64,000 bases of DNA, taken from the NCBI RefSeq assembly GCF_009914755.1, contig NC_060938.1, one strand, 5' to 3'. Of this stretch, positions 13,930 through 29,252 are shown one piece after another. Numbering within the stretch: position 1 is the stretch's first letter; each line of letters opens with the position of its first letter. The notes beneath the pieces were generated by a model. That model was not told the origin of the DNA. It saw nothing but the letters and a program-made list of their open reading frames with translations, and did no database searches. Position numbers and translations under genes: made by a program. Origin of the DNA: the human T2T-CHM13v2.0 reference genome, Homo sapiens.

Positions 13930-14855
13930 GTAAGTACCTCCTGTGTGGGGGAATAACCCCGGCTGGTGTCAGCAATCTCTGAGGCTTGTTTGGTTTCAGT
14001 GCTGATTTTTCCCTTCATCTTTCCTGTGTACATTTCAGATGACTGTCAGTGTGCAGTGAGAAAAAGTGAGACATAAATCATTTCAACGCGTGTTAGAATT
14101 AGATTGAAAGTTGGACCTCAGGCCTAGAGAAATTGCTGGATCTTTAGGCACTCACCCAGAATTCTGTGGTGTCTTTTGCTGTCTCTCCTATAAAGTGGTG
14201 GGGAAACCTTTGTCTTAAGTGCTACCTTGACCCTTTCATTTTCTGGAGAACAACTTCCACTCTGAAATTTGTGGTCTCAGTTTCAAAGTACACATGGGAG
14301 AAGACAAGTTCAAATAAGCCAGAGCCTTATAAAAATGCCTATTTGACCAGCCACAAAACTGGGGTGAGGGGAAGCCAGGGAGATGGGGCAGAGCACGTTC
14401 TTTAGAGAAAATGTTGTGTGGACACAGCAGCTCTCGAAGACAGTGCTTTCGCTGTTTCTGGAAAGAGAGTTATTCAGAAGAGTAGGTATCTCCATCCCCC
14501 AACTCCTGGGGAACAGAAACTTATCTCAGCTCTTTGAATATGGCTCCCAGCCCCTGAGCCACAGGCTGAACTCCAAAAGACCTTCTGTGCATGTGAGCAA
14601 AGCAGGAGCATCAGTGGTGTGGCTGGCTCCAGCAACACACCAGCAGAACCATGCAGGACCCCGCATCCAACCGCCCTGGCTGTTCGCACTGTCCATGGAA
14701 GGGGTCTGACTAGAGCACTGATCTGGTGGCCCTCTTCTGACCAGAGGTCCTTTATATGACCATTCAGGAGATTCTTCCTGAAGATGAGTCTCCCCTACCC
14801 CCTATCCATGTCCCTGGAAGCTTCTAACCCCAGTTCAGACCTCTGAATTTAAATA

Positions 14856-15193
14856 CAGTCACATGCCACTTAGCCATGTTTTGGTCAACTACCTACCACA
14901 TATATGATGGTGGTCCCATGAGATTGTAATACTGCATTTTTACTGTACCTTTTCTGTGTTTAGATATACAAATACTTACCACTGTGTTACAGTTGCCTAC
15001 CAGTATTCAGTAGAGTAACATGCTGTACAGCTTTTGGTCTAGGAGCATTAGCCTATACCATATAGCCCAAGTGTGTAGTAGGCTACACCATCTAGGTTTA
15101 TGTAAGTGCACTCTGTGGTATCCACACAATGATGAAATACCCTAGTGATGCATTTCTTAGAATGTATCCCCATCATTAAACAACACACGGCTG
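14856..15193. mobile_element. Tigger3a/MER7-type TcMar MITE
   Basis: TA|CAGTC...GGCTG|TA termini with a TA duplication. Internal gatggtggtcccatgagatt and gtaggctacaccatctaggtttatgtaagt. Confidence 0.85.
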
Positions 15194-18100
15194 TACATGC
15201 AAGGTGCCACAAATGAGATGGTACAGCCTAAAGTTGAAGCATTTATACAGAAAAAGCCAGCCAAGTGGCCTTTGTATTTACCTCCTCTCCCCTTTCTTAT
15301 CTTGGTCAAAGAGAGCTATTTCTTATCTTTCCTGCCCTTTGCAATTATTTCTTCATTTCGAACTCAGAAACATGGAGATGTTGAGCTAGCCAGCACCTCA
15401 AAGTATGAACATCCTGTACTGTGTTTTTAACCCTGCGTTAGCAACACTGACATGGAACCAAGTTCAGTGTCAGAATCTGTATATACCACGTCTCTGGAAA
15501 GAGCCTGCCTGCAAGACAGCAGATTCTACTCCCAACACGGAGTGTGTGTGTCTTGATATTGCACACCAGGGATTTAGGGAACACACTTGTTGCTGAGAAT
15601 GAATGGGTGTTGTGTATCGTAGAAGCAGATGGCTCTTCAATTAATTGGGGAAAAAAATGATGTGGTTTCCTGAAAAGAAACATCAGGTTCTTTGTTGCTC
15701 AGAGTTTAGAGAAAATGGAGAAAAAAATCAGGATCTTTGGAAGAAGCCATGGATATATTTTTGGAATAATACAGGCTAGAGATCCAGACTTCACAAATGA
15801 ATATATTGTTTTGAGGACACTGTCATAGACCATGTGTGCAGAGGGAGATGCCTTCTCATTTTGGAATCTTAATTAAGGTCTAAATTCAGAAACCTGAGGC
15901 TGACAAAAAAAAAAGAACTTTGTCTTCCTCAGTTATTATTTGGAAAACATCATGCATCATGCTATCTCTCTGGGATTTGATTTACAGCTTGAAGAAACAC
16001 AATTCCTCAGGAACAGTGAGCGAGGGCAGTTCATTTCTCCCCATTAAGCAAAGGTCTCCAACAAATATGTTTGATGCCTTTCTTTCCGATTTACTTTTAT
16101 CTCATTTTCCGTACCCAGAATAATTTGAGAGTGCTGAAAATAAACCACTCCACCATTCACTATTGTGCTATTCTCCTAATTTTTCTGGTATCTTGCCAAC
16201 TAATAAACAGAGAAGGTATGCTTTCAAATTCTGATTTTTTTCATTACTTGATATTGACATACCGGCTATTGCTTTATGATTCAGCCTACTAACAATGATT
16301 GGGTTCATTCTTTTAACTCATACACATGACTTCTAATTTTGAGTTCTTTTAATAACCTTAAACACATGAAAAACAAATAGAATGAGCTGATAATTCTGCA
16401 TAGTAAAATACACTTCACATATTTAGCTATCATGCTGTGGAATAACTCCACAATGTCAAGTAGCACACAATTAGTAAAACTGTAGGGGGAGGAAAAAGAG
16501 TGTTTTGATCCTGAAGAAGTTTGATCCTAATCAGATTGAAATTTCAGCGTTCTTGTAGTGCTTAATATCTTCAATCACACACACAAAAAAATCAAACTGA
16601 TTCCAGTGTCAGGTTTTGCATTCTGTGACTGAAATAAAATGCTAAAATATACAAATGCATCTCGCTTTGTACAATAAACATTAACATCATTATAAAGTAA
16701 GATTGAGTCTAAAATTGTGTGATGGAATGTCTGATGTTTACCTAATTCTCAAACCAAAGCCAGCCCAGTAACAAAATGACAGACCATGTAATAAGTCTTG
16801 GTTGTGTAAACACTGGAAGAAAAGGCAAAAAGCCAGCACAGCATCTTGCTTTTCCAAAGCCCTAGGCTATTACTGAAGGATGCCTCAACTGTGCCTTCTT
16901 GGCAGGAGAAGGTCATGGCGACATAGAATCAGGTCAAGAATAAGATAGAATTCTAAAACAAAGGGATGGTTAAAAAATAAACCACATTAACTATTTAGTT
17001 TTTCTTCCTAGAGCTATTGGCACAATTCCTGGTTCTGTCCTGAAAGATAGGTTGTAGTCATCTGGTAATATTTCTGATTTTTTAATATCTGTCTTATGCC
17101 CCAGTTTGATAAAGCGTTTTTTTAAAAGACTTAATAGTCTTTGATAACTAAAAATACTATCTTTATCACTTATATCTTTTTTCCTTGCCTAGGCATCTGT
17201 AAATCCATAAATGAACTTGTCTCTAGAATAAGAAAAGTAAAGAGGAATATCAGCTGTGCCAGGATTACAACTCTGATAAATTGAACCAAGAACTTTAGAG
17301 CATCTACTCTTCCACTAAGTTAACATGAGATGACTGATAGTTCACTGGATTTCAACAGAAAGAATCAGTAAGAATCACATTATTGACGCCAACATGGTAT
17401 GTTAGTGAAACTACACTGGAACTCTAAAGCCTAGGGAGTTCTAGGGCCCCTTCTTTCACACTGTGACCAAAGACGTCTGTGATTTCTTTCATTTAAAACC
17501 AATTTCACCAATTATTCAGGTCAAATCAACATTTAAAGGTTAGAATTTTAAACCATTCACATTAGTAATTATTGGGGCATCTTCACCTCTTCCTCCCTCC
17601 AGTTCTCCATTGCTCAGGAGGTACTGGCTTGGGAGATGATCACTCACAGCTTCCCACAGTTACACACTCCAGTTACTTATGGTGTCTGTGTGGCTCTTCA
17701 ATTATGAGACGTTTCAGTGCAACCATCTACCACTCTACTTCTGCCTGTAGCCCCCCAAAAATGGAGTGCTAAACCAAACAGAGATGCATGCTTTGCACTG
17801 CTCTTTATTCCCATTTAATCCAGCCCTTTGTCTAGAGAAGGAGCTGAATTTGTCTCGAGATATCCCTAGGGTTCTTTGTGGGTCCAATCAGCAACAACTT
17901 TCTAAAACCTTAAAGAGTGGCCTAGGGGAAAACTTCCTTTCTCTTTATGATGTTCTGCTCCACCAGGGAGGCTCAAGGCTCTGGAGCTGTGGGATTTCAG
18001 AGAAAAGGAGCCAGAGACTGTAGGTGTGGTGGCAGTTTTTTCCTTCCTAGCACCTGACCCAGTCTCAGAAAACTCTGGAAGAGTTATTTCAGAAAGACAG

Positions 18101-19074
18101 AAGGACTTCAGATTGCCTTTGAGATCACATGCAGTTAAAAAGCATGGCCTATCCAACATACTTGGGGGTTGTTTTTTTTTAAAAAAAAGAAAAAAACAGT
18201 AGCTTAAGTGTTTATTTCTTAATTACAAACTTCTATACTTTCTAACAAAACTAATATACAGCTACCTGATATAATGCATTCCATGCTGTTTTGCATCAAT
18301 AACCCCTACACTTCCCTCCTGAAGGCGTCTCATCGCCAAATGCAAGCAGACTGCTTAATGCGGGACTAATTAGTATATCCCCTTCCAGTCTGCAGGCCCT
18401 CCATTGTAATTCCTTCCCAGCTCATTTTTTTCCACAACCGAGCATCAATCAAAGTAAGTGCCCTGCCTGCCTAGGCAACACAAGATGTCCTCCATGCATT
18501 TGTCATCTGCCACACAAACAAAGGGGGAATTTAATTGTTGGTTTGGGTATGCAGCCACTGCACACAGAAACGGAAGCTGCAAGTGAAGGAAAGAGAAAAG
18601 GTGGAAAGTTTGATGGGTGGGCCAAATGCAGATAGCACGGGGGACTTTTTTCTGTTTTCTGATCTCAGCCTTTCTTCAGGGGTGGGTCTTCAGGGATTTA
18701 GCTGCAACCTGGTCATTGGCTGGACTCTTCCCAGAGCAAGTAAGTGTTCCCCTTCTGCCATATGAATATGAAAATTCCCATGAAAGGAAATGCATGTAAT
18801 AGCTACCATGTCTGACTTTCTTCAGAAGCCAAGTCAGCCTTCATCGTGTGCCTGGCCATTAACCGAAAAAACCGTCACAAGGAGGCAAGATAAAGGCAGG
18901 TTTTTATGCAGGGATGAATTTGTATTATTTTGTCTTAGTTTTTTGGGGGGGTGGTGTGGGGGGGCGGGTACCGGCAGGGAGACAGTGCTTGTTTTGGCTT
19001 TTCAAGTCCATGGGCAGGCAAGCACGGAGTCAGAGACCAGCAAGAGGGTTGAGCTCCAGCGGCGCATCCCTGCT

Positions 19075-19225
19075 GCGCTTACTACACTGTGCATCAGTGG
19101 GGCAGTGGTGTCAGCACCCCCTGGGAACTCAGAGACGCACATTTTAAGGCCTTCCCCAATCAGAATCTGCAGTTAGCAAGATCCCCAGCTGACTCGTATT
19201 CATGTGAAAGCTTGAAAAGTACAGA
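19075..19225. mobile_element. MER5A1-like relic
   Basis: aatcagaatctgcagttagcaagatccccagctgactcgtattcatgtgaaagcttgaaaag. Confidence 0.6.
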
Positions 19226-19584
19226 CCATACTAGTCTTTAGACGGCACTATTTTACACGACGTAAACAGTAAATACAAACTGAGTATCTGAAGGGTTTTC
19301 TTTTCCTCTCAAATTGGATGAATTCTGAGAACAGTAGCAAAAGGTGAGTAGTGAAATAACTCTCAGGGTACTCGATCAGTATTCCAATGAAACAAGAATA
19401 GGATTAAGAAGCTGACTTCTTTACAAAGATATAAAGTTTTAAATATCAACAGGAAAAATTTAACAGAGTATACATAGTACTAATATCCAACCTAGTAAGC
19501 AAAAGATCTTACCGTTTTTTTCCCTTGGGCGAATACTTTCCTGTGTACTTGACTGTATGAGTGAATATGAGCAGTCGTTTTTTT

Positions 19585-19930
19585 CCTATTCAAGTTTATC
19601 TAACATTTGTGAGCACTTACTAATGCAAAGCCTGTGTCATTGCTGTGAGGTTTCAAAAGCAACTAAGGTATGGTGTCCACCTTCGAGGAGCTTACATACT
19701 AATAGAGAAGGCAGCATGAAACAGCCAATTCTGAATAGCTAGTATGAAATGAGGTCTGTTAAGATGTGCAGACAAAACACAGAAACCCCAGAGGTGAAAG
19801 CAACTAAGGGGAGGATGGAGAAAAAGCCCCAGGGGAGGCAGATTTTCCCTGGACTTTGAAAGAGGATGGCAAGAGAGATGGAGGAGTGGTCTAAGGCATT
19901 GCAGGCTTAGAAGAGCATAGGAGAGACATA
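19585..19930 (-). mobile_element. L2 3' fragment
   Basis: aacatttgtgagcacttactaatgcaaagcctgtg...ggagcttacatactaatag. Confidence 0.6.
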
Positions 19931-19989
19931 GAACACAAACACATGATCTTTTCTGTCTCCCCAGAGAGCAAGCCAGAACTTTGATTTGA

Positions 19990-20472
<483 letters not shown>

Positions 20473-20512
20473 TAAGGCACGATCAGAAGAAGAAAACAAA
20501 ATCAATACTTCT

Positions 20513-20828
<316 letters not shown>

Positions 20829-21144
20829 TCATCCATTTTCACCTAAATCAGTTAACCTAAATAAAATCAATTCCATTACTTCTTATAATGGCATCGTGTT
20901 CTCAATCTTATACAAACTATTTTTTAAATTGTTTCCTGAAAACATTCAATGATACCTCACATATCTCAAAAAACATCAAACTTTTTTTAACTTAAATGAG
21001 TGGCATAGGATTTAATTCATGTATGTGTCTAACATGCAACAGTTTTCCCATACATGCAGGGTTAACTAAAGATCAGGTCATTCAAATCTCTTCATGAACT
21101 CCCACATCTTCTCTGGCTTCCTAGAACTTTTGGTGGGGCATATC

Positions 21145-21590
21145 GACTAGAATGCACCTGGTTACAAGTAACAGAAAATCCCAGTAAAAATGACTTAACT
21201 TTCTCTTCATGATCAAAAGACTTGATCAAAAGATCAAGATAGCATCCCCATCATCAGTTCCTCATAGGGCAATGTCCAAAGTGCGGAAGGGGTCAGTCGA
21301 TGTTTTGTGTTCATTTTGGAGCTCACAGAAAACATTTCCAGAAGCACTTCCCCACCACCCCACAGCAGGGAGAAGCCTCTTGTGTCTCATAGTCCCGTGT
21401 GTCGAGTGACCAAGCCTAAGCCACTCACTGGCAAGCGGGTAGAATTACTGTATCTGGCTTAAACAATCGAGGTTTATTCTCCTGGGATTTAGGAGGAGGC
21501 CATCAAACATAAAACCCAAAATCAGACTTTTGTTATCCAGAAGGAAGTGGCAGAATAGCTGTTGAGCAGACGACCAACAATGACTGCTAC
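21145..21590 (-). mobile_element. Old MaLR LTR (MLT1K/L-like)
   Basis: ggttacaagtaacagaaaatcc...gctgttgagcagacgaccaacaatgactgctaca. Confidence 0.55.
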
Positions 21591-24500
21591 ATGGAAGAAT
21601 CTATGTTTTCACAATAAAGTACTTGGATTTCTAAAAATCTACATAACAGATGAACAAATGGAATTTGTCTGGGATCCTGGAAATGTTTCTGACTTTCTGA
21701 AACACTAGTTTTTACATACCTGTGCCTCACTACTCATGTATTTCTTTTTAAAGATGTTTGTTTAGTGGAGTTAACAAAATGATTGCCTCCAGAAGCACAG
21801 GGTCCACCAGAGACAAAATAAATCTGAGTATAAGGTCCACATCATCCCTTTTGTCTGTTTTCACTTCTGCCTATGCCCTAATCAGATTAACTGCTTCAGT
21901 ACTTGATAACACTTAATTGTTAAAGGGAGGTGAAGAATGCACCCAGCCCAAGTCAGACGCCCTTTGCGCTTTCATAGACCTACATACCACCTGCCATACA
22001 GTTGTCACTGTTGTAAACTTATTAGTGAAAATGACTGATAAGCATCTCTTTCTCATTCAAAGGCAAGTAGAGGTAAATCCCTCTTTCCAGAGTGAATAAA
22101 CTTTTTCAACAACCTCTCACAGTAGAGACTTCCACTTGAGTTTCATTGCCCAGTGTCTCATCATATTCCAAACCTAAAACAATCCCTGACTAGGGGAATG
22201 CAATTATCAAGACTGATGGAGACTAACGTAGGACAGGCCTGTGACACATTTTGCACACTCTGATATCCCCCAGTGACTAGCACAGAGTAGGCACTCAAAA
22301 AAAATGGATTGAATGAATAAATCCACCATTGTCCTCAGTTCCTAGCCTTAATTTTTTTAATTCCATGTTGAGGAGTTCACCGCTTCTCATTTATATAACA
22401 AATTCCCCCCCCAAAAGAGAAGGTATAGGTCCTAAAAAAAATACTCTATCCTTAACTATTTTGGGTTGAGAAGGGAATGAATGAGTGGGACTGAAACTCC
22501 CTGGTCAGACTGAAAACAGCTCGTAAAATACTGTGATCTCAGATGTCCCTCATGCCAACAATTATTTTGATTCTCCTTGTCCTAGAACACTAACAGTGTT
22601 TAAAAGCCTTGTTCTCCAATTCAGTACATTATCATGAAGAAAAGGGGAATTTATTTTTTAAGCTTAACAAATTGACGCATTCTAAATCAATGAAAAGTTT
22701 TCTGCATGATTCAATATTAACAGTCAATAAAAATCTATCAATTGGCAGTGTATAGGAAAAAACCTCCCCTGAGGTTGTAAATCACACAGATAGCAATTCA
22801 AGCAGGGCCTGTCATTAGCGTATTAGGGGGGAAAATCCATCGATGATGCATACTCATTCACAAAACATCTACAGGTCTTCTGTCCTTAAGCTCATAACTC
22901 ACAGTAAGTATCAAATATCCTTCAATTCTACCAAATATTGCTCAGCATATAGATTTACAAAAAAAAAAAAAAACCTAAAAACCAATTTCTGGATGCCTGC
23001 TATTTAAGACATCTAGCTCACTAATTGCAAAATCTATAGAAAAGTCTGCACAGCATCAAAGCCTCGGTTGATCCTATGAGCAGTTCTAAATGAAAAACTG
23101 TCTCTTTTGCGAGTAAATAAAGCACTTAATGCAGTTTCTGGCTATAATTGTGTTTCTCCTGTGGGTTTTGAAAATGACCTTCCTGTAAGCCTCAAGGACT
23201 GTAACTTTTTAGATAAGGAAACTTGTTCTTGTTTTAAGTCTATGTCAGGTTCATTCCCCTATAGCCCAGTTTTCAAAAGCCAAAGAAAAAGTAATCCAGA
23301 ATTAAAAAGAAAAAAAAAGAAAGAAAGAAAAAGGAAGAAAGAAAGTCCTGTTTCCAGAATGAAGTTCCCTGTCAGCCTGCCTTGGGCCTTAGGTGGAGAA
23401 GCAGAGATTAAAGAGTCAGTATTCTTTTTCATGTTTCATCTGCCAGTTTTGTGAATGTAGAAAGGGAACCGGTGGCTACAGCTAAGCACCCAACTGTGGT
23501 ATTAAGTAGAAAGTGTGATTCTAGCACACCCCCCTCACTTACACACACAGATACACACTCTAGTGAATTCAAAAATAATTTTTGAGTCTGTAGCAGAAGG
23601 CACCTGCTCTCCGTTCTCCGCGGCCACTGACGAAGGTACCTCCAGGAGGGGGTGAATGGCGCCACAGATGCGTCCTCCTATCGCCATGACGATAATGAAG
23701 CTCTTTGTTCGGCTGTGTGAATGTGAAGGGTGGAATCTCCGATGATCTCACCATTTCCTATTTATTCTATACTTACCTGAATGCACCATGTCTTGCAGCT
23801 TTTTAATGCATATGCAAACCACTAAAATGTCCTTTTGTGAGACACTTTGCTAAAAGACCGCTTTTGATATGTGTTCTTCATCTCCTCTTCAAACTGAATT
23901 AGACTGCTTCCTTCTTCTTATGACACAACTAACTCACTATTTAGAATCTTTGGCTTTGATTTTGTAGAACAGCCCAACAGGAAGAGACCACGTTCTCTTT
24001 TTTTCTCCATATTTCTGAAGGCAAACTTGTACTGATTTGTTTTGATTTACTACCAGAATTATGTTCCTGCCACAGACACTGGCTTCCTTTATGTCCTTTC
24101 AGTCGTCAGTCTGTGTCTGTGGACAAAGTTTTCCCAAGGAAAACTGAAATCCCTCTGTTGGTAACTGTGTGCAGGGCCACGGATGTGTACCTCAGGAAAA
24201 AGTTCATCAGATTTGCAGGGAGAAGAATTATTCTAAGCAGTACATTTCTTATAGGCCAACCACTAAGCTCAAACCAAGAGACCAGGTGACATTTTAAAAA
24301 GATATTCAATAAAACTTAGCATCCAGTCTTGGTGGGGGTGGGGGGCGGGCAGGGGAAACCTGTGTTTGATGTAAAAGGTCACATGTTCTAAAATGTAAGC
24401 ACTCCACAATTTTCTTTTGATTGAACTGTATTTGCAGCTTCCTTCACAGTTAGAGGTACGTGGTATTAATATTTTGACTTCAACAGCCAAAGACACACTT

Positions 24501-24925
24501 ACTCATGGTATTGTAATTGTTAGCTAAGCAAAGCTGAAACAGTTCAACCAGGAGGATTTAAATCTCTCCCAGTTCATCTCTATAGTATTCTTCTCACAAG
24601 TGGAAGGTCACCTCTGTCCTCTGAAGAGCACAGCTTATAACTCTAAAGCTCCTATAACTTGGAGGGTGGGATGGTGCCAACAAGAGCCTCCTGGTTTTCC
24701 TTCGAGCAACAACAGCCAAAAGCAACTGGTTACACCCTGGGCTTCAGAGGAGCAAGGAACATGTTCTTGTGTGCTAGCAGAGATGTTCCCAGTTACGTCT
24801 GGGACCTTTCAAGATTCTAAGCTAACCTATGCAAGTGTATTTATCCTCTCTATGTCTTCAGGTTTACTTTGTCAAATCTAAGAAGAGGTCATTTAAAAGT
24901 TTTGGGATCCTCAAACTAAAAGTAA

Positions 24926-25252
<327 letters not shown>

Positions 25253-26032
25253 TAGAGTACAACTTTAAAGACATAATTCTAGAGATGCTTTGACACGATC
25301 AGTGAATTCAGCGAGAGACACACAGGTTGCTCAGCCCAAAAATTTTGGAGAGTAGAAAGTAAACTTTGGAATAAACCAAAGAAAAGATGCCAGGTTACAT
25401 GTTAGAGGTACCTAGACCATATGACAAGGATGTGATATTCAAATTAGAATCTCTCTCTCTAGTTCCTCTCCCTCTGTTCCTTTCCCTTTGTAGTTTGTAG
25501 ACATGGTTATGACTTTACTCCTAAGCTCATTGTGTGATGAGTATCTATCTCTTTTCAAGGGACAATTAACTCTTTTTAAGGACTTTCATATCAAGTAACT
25601 CACGTGGTGCTTATTTTTGTTATTCCCGCAAAAGGAATTTTATGAAATAAACTTATTCAAATATTCTCTCCTTTCTCACTGCTTAAACCTAAAACTTGAA
25701 AATAAAAAACAACAGCCACTGGATTGAAGAGAATCAAAAAAGTTTTTTCTGTGTTTTTCAAGTTCTCTAATTTATTACACACTAAAAATCCTTTCAAACT
25801 GGCACCAAGGTGGCTTTTCTTCTTGAGCTGATTAGGACCACATGAGTTCAGGAAAAGCTGTCAGATCCTGCCTCTGGCGCAGCTGGAATGATCCAACTGA
25901 TTTGCCAGTATGACTTTTTTTTTTTTTTTCCAAGGAAAGAAGCTTCATCCCAAAGTCATAAATTTATATTCTGGAGGCCCAAGCAAAAGGTATTTCTTTT
26001 TCATTTTTTAAAGAAGCTAAATTCCATTATGA

Positions 26033-26295
<263 letters not shown>

Positions 26296-28213
26296 CATTA
26301 TGATTTCTTTTACAAGATCTGTTGCAAACCAAAAGCAACTTGGGTGATTTTTTGGTAAACATGTTGTCCTAACTCTGCACCGTATCTGTAGTTATCTAGA
26401 TTCCCACTGGCGCTTGGGGGTCTCATTCAGAAAACACCAATCCCTAGGAGAGACCAAGTGAGATTGCCTACCCTTTAGGAATTCTGCCTGTCAGACTGGC
26501 CCAGGGTAAAACCACAGGTCAGTCAAACTCGTCCTCTTCAGCCGCCCACGGTGGGCTCCCGAACCTGCTTTGTGGTATTCACCACAGGAAGTCAAGGGCT
26601 ATCACGTGGCTCCCCGACTCCCCAAGGAAGCCGTGAGCCATTCCCTTCCCCTTCAGTCTTTTTACAGATACCTCCTCACATCAGAAGTCACCTGTCCTGC
26701 CCCTCTCATATTTAGCTCTCCTCTCTTGCTAGCTGACCCTTGGCCTGGGTGATAAAGAAAGCTGTATTATTATATTCATGGGCCCTAACAAATGAGTGCT
26801 GGATTTATCTTCTCAGGAAACACAGATCCATTTAGGTAGACCCAGAGTCATCCTACTGTAATTCAAAAAGATGACACCATACGGTCCCTTAGCAAAGAAG
26901 CCTTTCAGCCCCCTTCGCTACACATACGTGCAGACCACTGGGGAGGCCAAACGTTTGGCTGGATGTCTATTTCCAAATTGGGATTTTATTAAGAGAAAGT
27001 ATTATCAGGAAGGAGGGGGTGATCTTTACATTGATTCTGCAGATTCTAATTTGATATTATAACTCCTTTATCCCTTTGCCCCTTTTGTATACTTTGTAAA
27101 GTGGAGATAATTCTTTTTAAAATTTTGCCTGCTTTTGGTCAAATTCTAGTCTAGAACTCCCAGGCAGGCTGTGCTGATCTGGCTTGCCATCTCAATGTAT
27201 TCTTCATGTGATTCTAAAAAGGGGCTTCTTAGTCTCTTTGCCTTTGTTAAACATACTAGAACCATTTGGAATTATTCCTCATTCCAGACACAAAGCAGAC
27301 AGAATTATACCCCCAACCACTGATTGGGGTGCTGTAAGTTTTCTCTGTGAAAATAGTGGACAGAATTATATAACCCATCGTTCCTCTGTTAATAGTTAAC
27401 CAGGTTGAGAGGATTTGAATAAAAGCACATCTTGTTGCATGCAACAATGGTTTGACAGAAGAGCTGTATGGCAGAGTTAGTATTTTACTGCTTTCAGCTT
27501 CACCACGCAGTTTTGTAGCCTGGGAAGCCATGCATGCAGAATGGCAGAACTTACAATTGCCTACAAAAGGAGAGTACAATGCAACCTGTGGAGCCACGCC
27601 ACCAAGAGAAGGTGACAGTTCCGGGCCTTCAAAACACCCTAAACTGGTGAGGAGTTTCAGAATGAAACTTGTTATGATTTGAAACACTCATCAAAGTGAG
27701 GCTTTTTCAAGTAACAGTTAAGACATAATTACCAAATTTTACAACGGTCCCGTTAGTGTGCTGTGAGAAAAAAAAGGAGAATGGAAGAAAACCTTCCAAG
27801 TTTATATGTTTATGGATGTAATACATGGATGTGGCACTTTCAGAGCCAGGAAGAGTGGCTCAGGACAAGATGAGAAGAGCTTCCACAGCCTTAAACACAG
27901 CCCTTTTCCAAAGTGACTTCCCTTCACACCCATCCACCCCCCTCCAAAAAAAAAAAAAAATCTAAATGTACTTCATGAAACTGTTGTATATGAAGCACTT
28001 ATTAGCCGTAATTAAATGGACAATATGAATTTACTACGTCTTTAGGACTCTGGCTTGTTCTGGTTTAGAGCAAGATGATTAATGCAAATACATATTACTT
28101 GAGATAACCATTTAGCAGCTAATTTAGCCAAATTTATTACAGCAGTTAGAGGTTTTTCATTTCAGCAGACGGAGGCAAGGACATGCCAAAAGTGGGCGAC
28201 GTAGATGAGTGCA

Positions 28214-28232
28214 CACTGCCCTCTAGTGGCCA
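28214..28232 (-). promoter_or_regulatory. CTCF core motif
   Basis: Reverse complement reads TGGCCACTAGAGGGCAGTG, close to the CTCF consensus, within a local CpG-retaining patch. Confidence 0.7.
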
Positions 28233-29252
28233 GCCAGCCGGTGAGCTTTCGCGGGGCGCCGAGTTGCTGCGATCCGCAGCCAAGTAATAACAGCAGGTTT
28301 TCCACATTTCCGGCACCCTTTTAAACCATTCCCATCCACAGCACTTTATTTCAGGGGATGATTTACTGTGCTTTCCCCTTTTACTAGCTCAGGAGTACCC
28401 AGATACAAATCAAATCAATTTCAACTTGGCGAGATTTTGGTTCAAGTATCATTTTTAACATCTGCATTTTAAAGCTCTCTTTCAGTGGGTATTTAATGGC
28501 ACCGTTTCACATTACTGATTGTTTTTACTTGCTCCTTCATTTGGGGCCATATTTCAGAGTCTGTGTGGAGCTGTCACTCTGTTTGGCTCCAGCCAAGTCA
28601 ATTCTGTGCCTCCCTTAGGCCAGTGTTTCTCTCTGACTCCACTGGGGAATTTATTTTGTTCCAACATTCAGCGAAGTCTCACCAGAATCTCCCCCGACTG
28701 ACCAGTGTAAATTTAGTTCATCGGAGGACTATAAATTCTGTTAGACAAGATCAAAAGGAACAGACATATAAGGACGCGGGTTGAGATTGCTCACACGGAG
28801 GAGAAACGATCAAAGACGAGGGGTAAAGCATCTTTGGAACCATTCAAATATCCAGAATCTCAAAGAGGTCTACCTCCAAGCTATGAATAAATCACATACA
28901 AATTTGCCTTTCTTACCATCTGATGTCAAATCCATTGACAATATCCACACCGCATTAGGTGTTCTGTGAGCCAAAGAGATTTGTAGTCCTTTTATTCTTT
29001 TCACACCATGGCTGCCCAAAACGGAATAAAGTCTTGCTACAAATGCCAGTAACCCTGGCTCCAGAGCTGCCGCTCCACTGAATTGATTTCATTTGTCCTA
29101 CTAATGGCATTCTATATTAAGCATACAGAGGGTCACCCTGGCTTGGTGTAGGTCCTCCCATTTTTAGGCTTAAGGTTTTGCAGAGATAAAAAAAAAAAAG
29201 TTATTTGATCCCAGTCTTAATACAATGCCTCTGTTTTGTTTTTTTTCGCCAG

